DNA of 32,000 nucleotides from Candidatus Iainarchaeum sp. (GTDB lineage Archaea; Iainarchaeota; Iainarchaeia; Iainarchaeales; CSSED10-239): NCBI GenBank assembly GCA_037441475.1, contig JBBISB010000001.1, positions 637,465 to 669,464 of the forward strand, read 5' to 3'. Shown piece by piece: positions 29,922 to 32,000 of this stretch (position 1 is its first letter; each line of letters starts with the position of its first letter). The notes under the pieces were generated by a model. It saw only the letters and a program-made list of their open reading frames with translations, ran no database searches and was not told where the DNA came from. The position numbers and the translations under genes were made by a program.

Positions 29922-31616
29922 ATGCAAGAAACTTTTAAAAATATAATTTTAGAAAATGCTGTAAAGTATAAGGGAAAAGCAGAAATTAAGTTTATTTTAG
30001 GAACATTTTTAAAAGACTTTCCTGAATATAGACAAAAAACAAAAGAATTAACAGAAGAGCTTTTACCATTAATAGAAGAGATTAATAACTTGTCTTTAGA
30101 AAAACAACAAGATCTTTTAAAAGAAATTAATCCTTCTTTCTTTGAAAAAAAAGAAAAAGAAGAGAGAAACATCTTTGCCTTCCTTAATATCAAAGAAGGA
30201 GAAAAAGTAATTTCTTGTTTTCCTCCTGGTCCTGAAAAATATCCACATATAGGTCACTCTAAAGCAGTTTTACTTAATTATCTTTTAACAAAACAATATA
30301 ATGGAGAATTTTATTTAAGGTTTGAAGATACAAACCCTAAGCTTGTTAAGCCTGAGTTTTATACAATTATGCAAGAGGATTTTAAATGGCTTGGTGTTGA
30401 ATGGTCAAGAGTTGAGTATGCTTCTGATTATATAGATCTGATGAAGGAGATGGCAGAAAAGTTAATTTTAAAATCACAAGCATATGTTTGTTTCTGTTCT
30501 CCTGAAGATATGAGTAAGAATAGAGAAACATCAACTGCATGTGAGTGTAGGAAAGTATCTCCTCAAGAAAACTTAATCAAATGGAAGGAAATGGAAGGTT
30601 ATCCTGAAGGAAAAGCTTCTTTACGTTTAAAAATAGATTTAAAACATAAAAATTCAAGAATGAGAGATCCTTCAATCTTTAGAGTAATAGATTGTGAGCA
30701 TCCAAGAATAGGTTACAAGCATAGAAATTATCCTACTTATGATTTTCAAAATGCTGTTTTAGATGGTTATTTTAAAACAACTCATAGACTAAGAACTGTT
30801 GAGTTTGAGATGGCTTCAGAGCTTCATCATTATATTAGAAAAATTTTAGGTCTTTATGATACATATACTTATGAGTTTGCAAGAATGAATCTTGAGGGAA
30901 TGTTATCTTCTGGAAGAGCTATTAGAGAAAAGATTGAATTCGGAGAGCTTATAGGTTGGGATGATCCTTCTCTTCCTACTCTGCGTGCACTTAAAAGAAG
31001 AGGTTTTACAGCAGAGGCTATCAAGCAAATGGTTATTGAGTCTGGAATTACAAAGTCTTCTGGTTCTCTGCTTACATGGGATACAATTATTAAGTATAAT
31101 AAAAGAGTTTTAAATGATTCTTCAAAAAGATTTTTCTGTATAAAGGAACCTATTGAAATAACAATTGAAAATGATCCTTGTAAGAAATATTATCTTCCTC
31201 TTCATCCTGCTCTAAATCTTGGACAAAGAAACTTTTCTTCAAATGGTGTTTATTTAATAGAGAAAGAAGATTTTGATTATTTTAAGGAAGGAAATCTTGT
31301 AAGGCTTATGGATAATGTTAATTTTAGGGTAAATGATGGAAAGTTTGTTTTTGATTCTGAGGATTATTTATATTTTAAAAATGAACTTGCAGAAAATAAA
31401 AAAATAATACATTTCCTTCCAAAAGACCCTTCTCAATTAATAGATATTACAATCTTTACTCCTGAACATCAAACAATACAAGCAAAGGCTGAAAAAACTA
31501 TTGAACAGTTGTCTGTTGGAGATATTGTTCAGTTTGAGAGATTTTGTTTTGCAAGACTTGATTCTTTAGAGGAAAAGGAAGGAAAGAAGGTTTATAACTT
31601 TTGGTTTACACACTAG
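29922..31616 (+). CDS. gltX: glutamate--tRNA ligase, archaeal/eukaryotic (GlxRS) type
   Basis: HIGH motif in PEKYPHIGHSKA. RFEDTNP. GWDDPSLPTLRALKRRGFTAEAIKQ. Archaeal N-terminal extension NAVKYKGKAEIKFILGTFL. Confidence 0.9.
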   Translation: MQETFKNIILENAVKYKGKAEIKFILGTFLKDFPEYRQKTKELTEELLPLIEEINNLSLEKQQDLLKEINPSFFEKKEKEERNIFAFLNIKEGEKVISCFPPGPEKYPHIGHSKAVLLNYLLTKQYNGEFYLRFEDTNPKLVKPEFYTIMQEDFKWLGVEWSRVEYASDYIDLMKEMAEKLILKSQAYVCFCSPEDMSKNRETSTACECRKVSPQENLIKWKEMEGYPEGKASLRLKIDLKHKNSRMRDPSIFRVIDCEHPRIGYKHRNYPTYDFQNAVLDGYFKTTHRLRTVEFEMASELHHYIRKILGLYDTYTYEFARMNLEGMLSSGRAIREKIEFGELIGWDDPSLPTLRALKRRGFTAEAIKQMVIESGITKSSGSLLTWDTIIKYNKRVLNDSSKRFFCIKEPIEITIENDPCKKYYLPLHPALNLGQRNFSSNGVYLIEKEDFDYFKEGNLVRLMDNVNFRVNDGKFVFDSEDYLYFKNELAENKKIIHFLPKDPSQLIDITIFTPEHQTIQAKAEKTIEQLSVGDIVQFERFCFARLDSLEEKEGKKVYNFWFTH

Positions 31617-31785
31617 AGTCCCTTTAGAAAAGCGGCTTCACCCGGAAAGGAGTCACTTTAGAAAAGCGGCTTCACCCGGAAAGGAGTCTCTTTAGAAAAG
31701 CGGCTTCACCCGGAAAGGAGTCACTTTAGAAAAGTGGCTTCACCCGGAAAAGAGCCCCTTTGGAAAAGTGGCTTCACCCGTAAAG
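31616..31785. repeat. 34-bp tandem direct repeat, 5 copies (consensus GAGTCACTTTAGAAAAGCGGCTTCACCCGGAAAG), decaying further to about 31830
   Basis: Unit boundaries at 31616, 31650, 31684, 31718, 31752 and 31786. Copies 1-3 differ only at unit position 6. Units are 17/34 G+C in a very AT-rich context. No spacers. Confidence 0.9.
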
Positions 31786-31914
31786 GAGTTCCTTTAGAAG
31801 AACTGTTTTCGGTCAGTTCACACCCAATGGTTTTTCATTTCCTCTGGAAAGAAAAACTAATGTTAATTTGTTTAAGAAAAAACTATATTTGTTGGACATT
31901 AAAATGGTAAGTGC

Positions 31915-32000
31915 ATGATTTCAGAAATTTATAAAGATATTTTTAAAATTACTGGAGAATCAAATCTTTATTTTCTAAAAAAAGAAAATATTGTTATTGA
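31915..32000 (+). CDS. 5' end of a CDS running out of the window (possibly a metallo-beta-lactamase-fold protein)
   Basis: MISEIYKDIFKITGESNLYFLKKENIVI... resembles the N-terminus of MBL-fold hydrolases ('.N.Y.l.....vliD'). Only 28 codons are visible. Confidence 0.3.
   Translation, partial: MISEIYKDIFKITGESNLYFLKKENIVI

Noticed and set aside
139-30193. Antisense or shadow ORFs in the track: 139-414, 835-1050, 2006-2233, 2292-2582, 11785-12003, 12291-12611, 12819-13031, 14844-15095, 18438-18638, 18728-19006, 19101-19292, 20251-20445, 20786-21019, 21471-21683, 24905-25114 and 29846-30193
   Set aside because: Each lies inside or opposite a longer ORF with clear family motifs. Their translations are low-complexity F/L/I/S-rich sequence, typical of the complement of Lys/Glu-rich genes in AT-rich DNA.
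31616-31830. CRISPR array interpretation of the 34-bp repeats
   Set aside because: The units abut directly with no unique spacers, and no cas genes are in the window. It is a plain tandem repeat.
31616-31830. Coding (peptide-repeat) interpretation of the 34-bp array
   Set aside because: The period is not divisible by 3. TAG (+ strand) and TGA (- strand) are met in every frame within three units, and the ORF track shows no ORF there.
31838-31851. TTTCC-TCT-GGAAA dyad resembling an archaeal mini-ORB (origin recognition box), which together with the tandem array could suggest a replication origin
   Set aside because: There is only a single copy. There is no inverted pair flanking an unwinding element and no orc1/cdc6 gene nearby. 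The tandem units match the ORB core only loosely (about 8/12), which is too weak to call.

Overview
Very AT-rich, gene-dense archaeal sequence. Archaeal hallmarks are TFB/TFIIB, ribosomal protein eL15, archaeal-type TyrRS and GluRS, a Trm5-family methyltransferase and class III (prepilin-type) signal peptides. Lysine-rich proteins and tiny intergenic spacers fit a small-genome DPANN-like archaeon, but that assignment is inference only. About 40 genes are present. Housekeeping genes (tfb, rpl15e, trxB, tyrS, gltX, trm5-like, a TtuA/NcsA-like tRNA thiolase, scpA, scpB, tRNA-Val, tRNA-Asn) are interleaved with accessory content. Most notable observations: (1) A 5.4-kb three-gene cluster sits between scpA and scpB. 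Its proteins have archaeal type IV pilin-like N-termini (KK[AG]|QVSIE plus a hydrophobic helix) fused to bacterial-style adhesin modules: InlB-B-repeat-like, PKD-like and DUF285/BspA-like 26-residue repeats. The two large paralogs share a duplicated promoter block and patches of near-perfect nucleotide identity, which suggests gene conversion. (2) A GtrA / GT2 / GT-C trio looks like a lipid-carrier-dependent surface glycosylation module. (3) A membrane-anchored Lon-type (S16) protease domain has no AAA+ module. (4) Several genes are broken in ways repairable by a -1 shift at A7 tracts. One is a HEPN toxin cut just before its R..H motif, and another gene is spread over up to three frames. A phosphoribosyltransferase carries a single in-frame TAA. 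(5) A ThiS-like mini-ORF lacking a C-terminal Gly-Gly sits just upstream of the tRNA thiolase. (6) A GH3 amido-synthetase is paired with an M14-like hydrolase. (7) A relatively GC-rich 34-bp tandem array (5 copies plus decayed copies) starts on the gltX stop codon. No CRISPR array, rRNA or recognisable transposase/integrase was seen.
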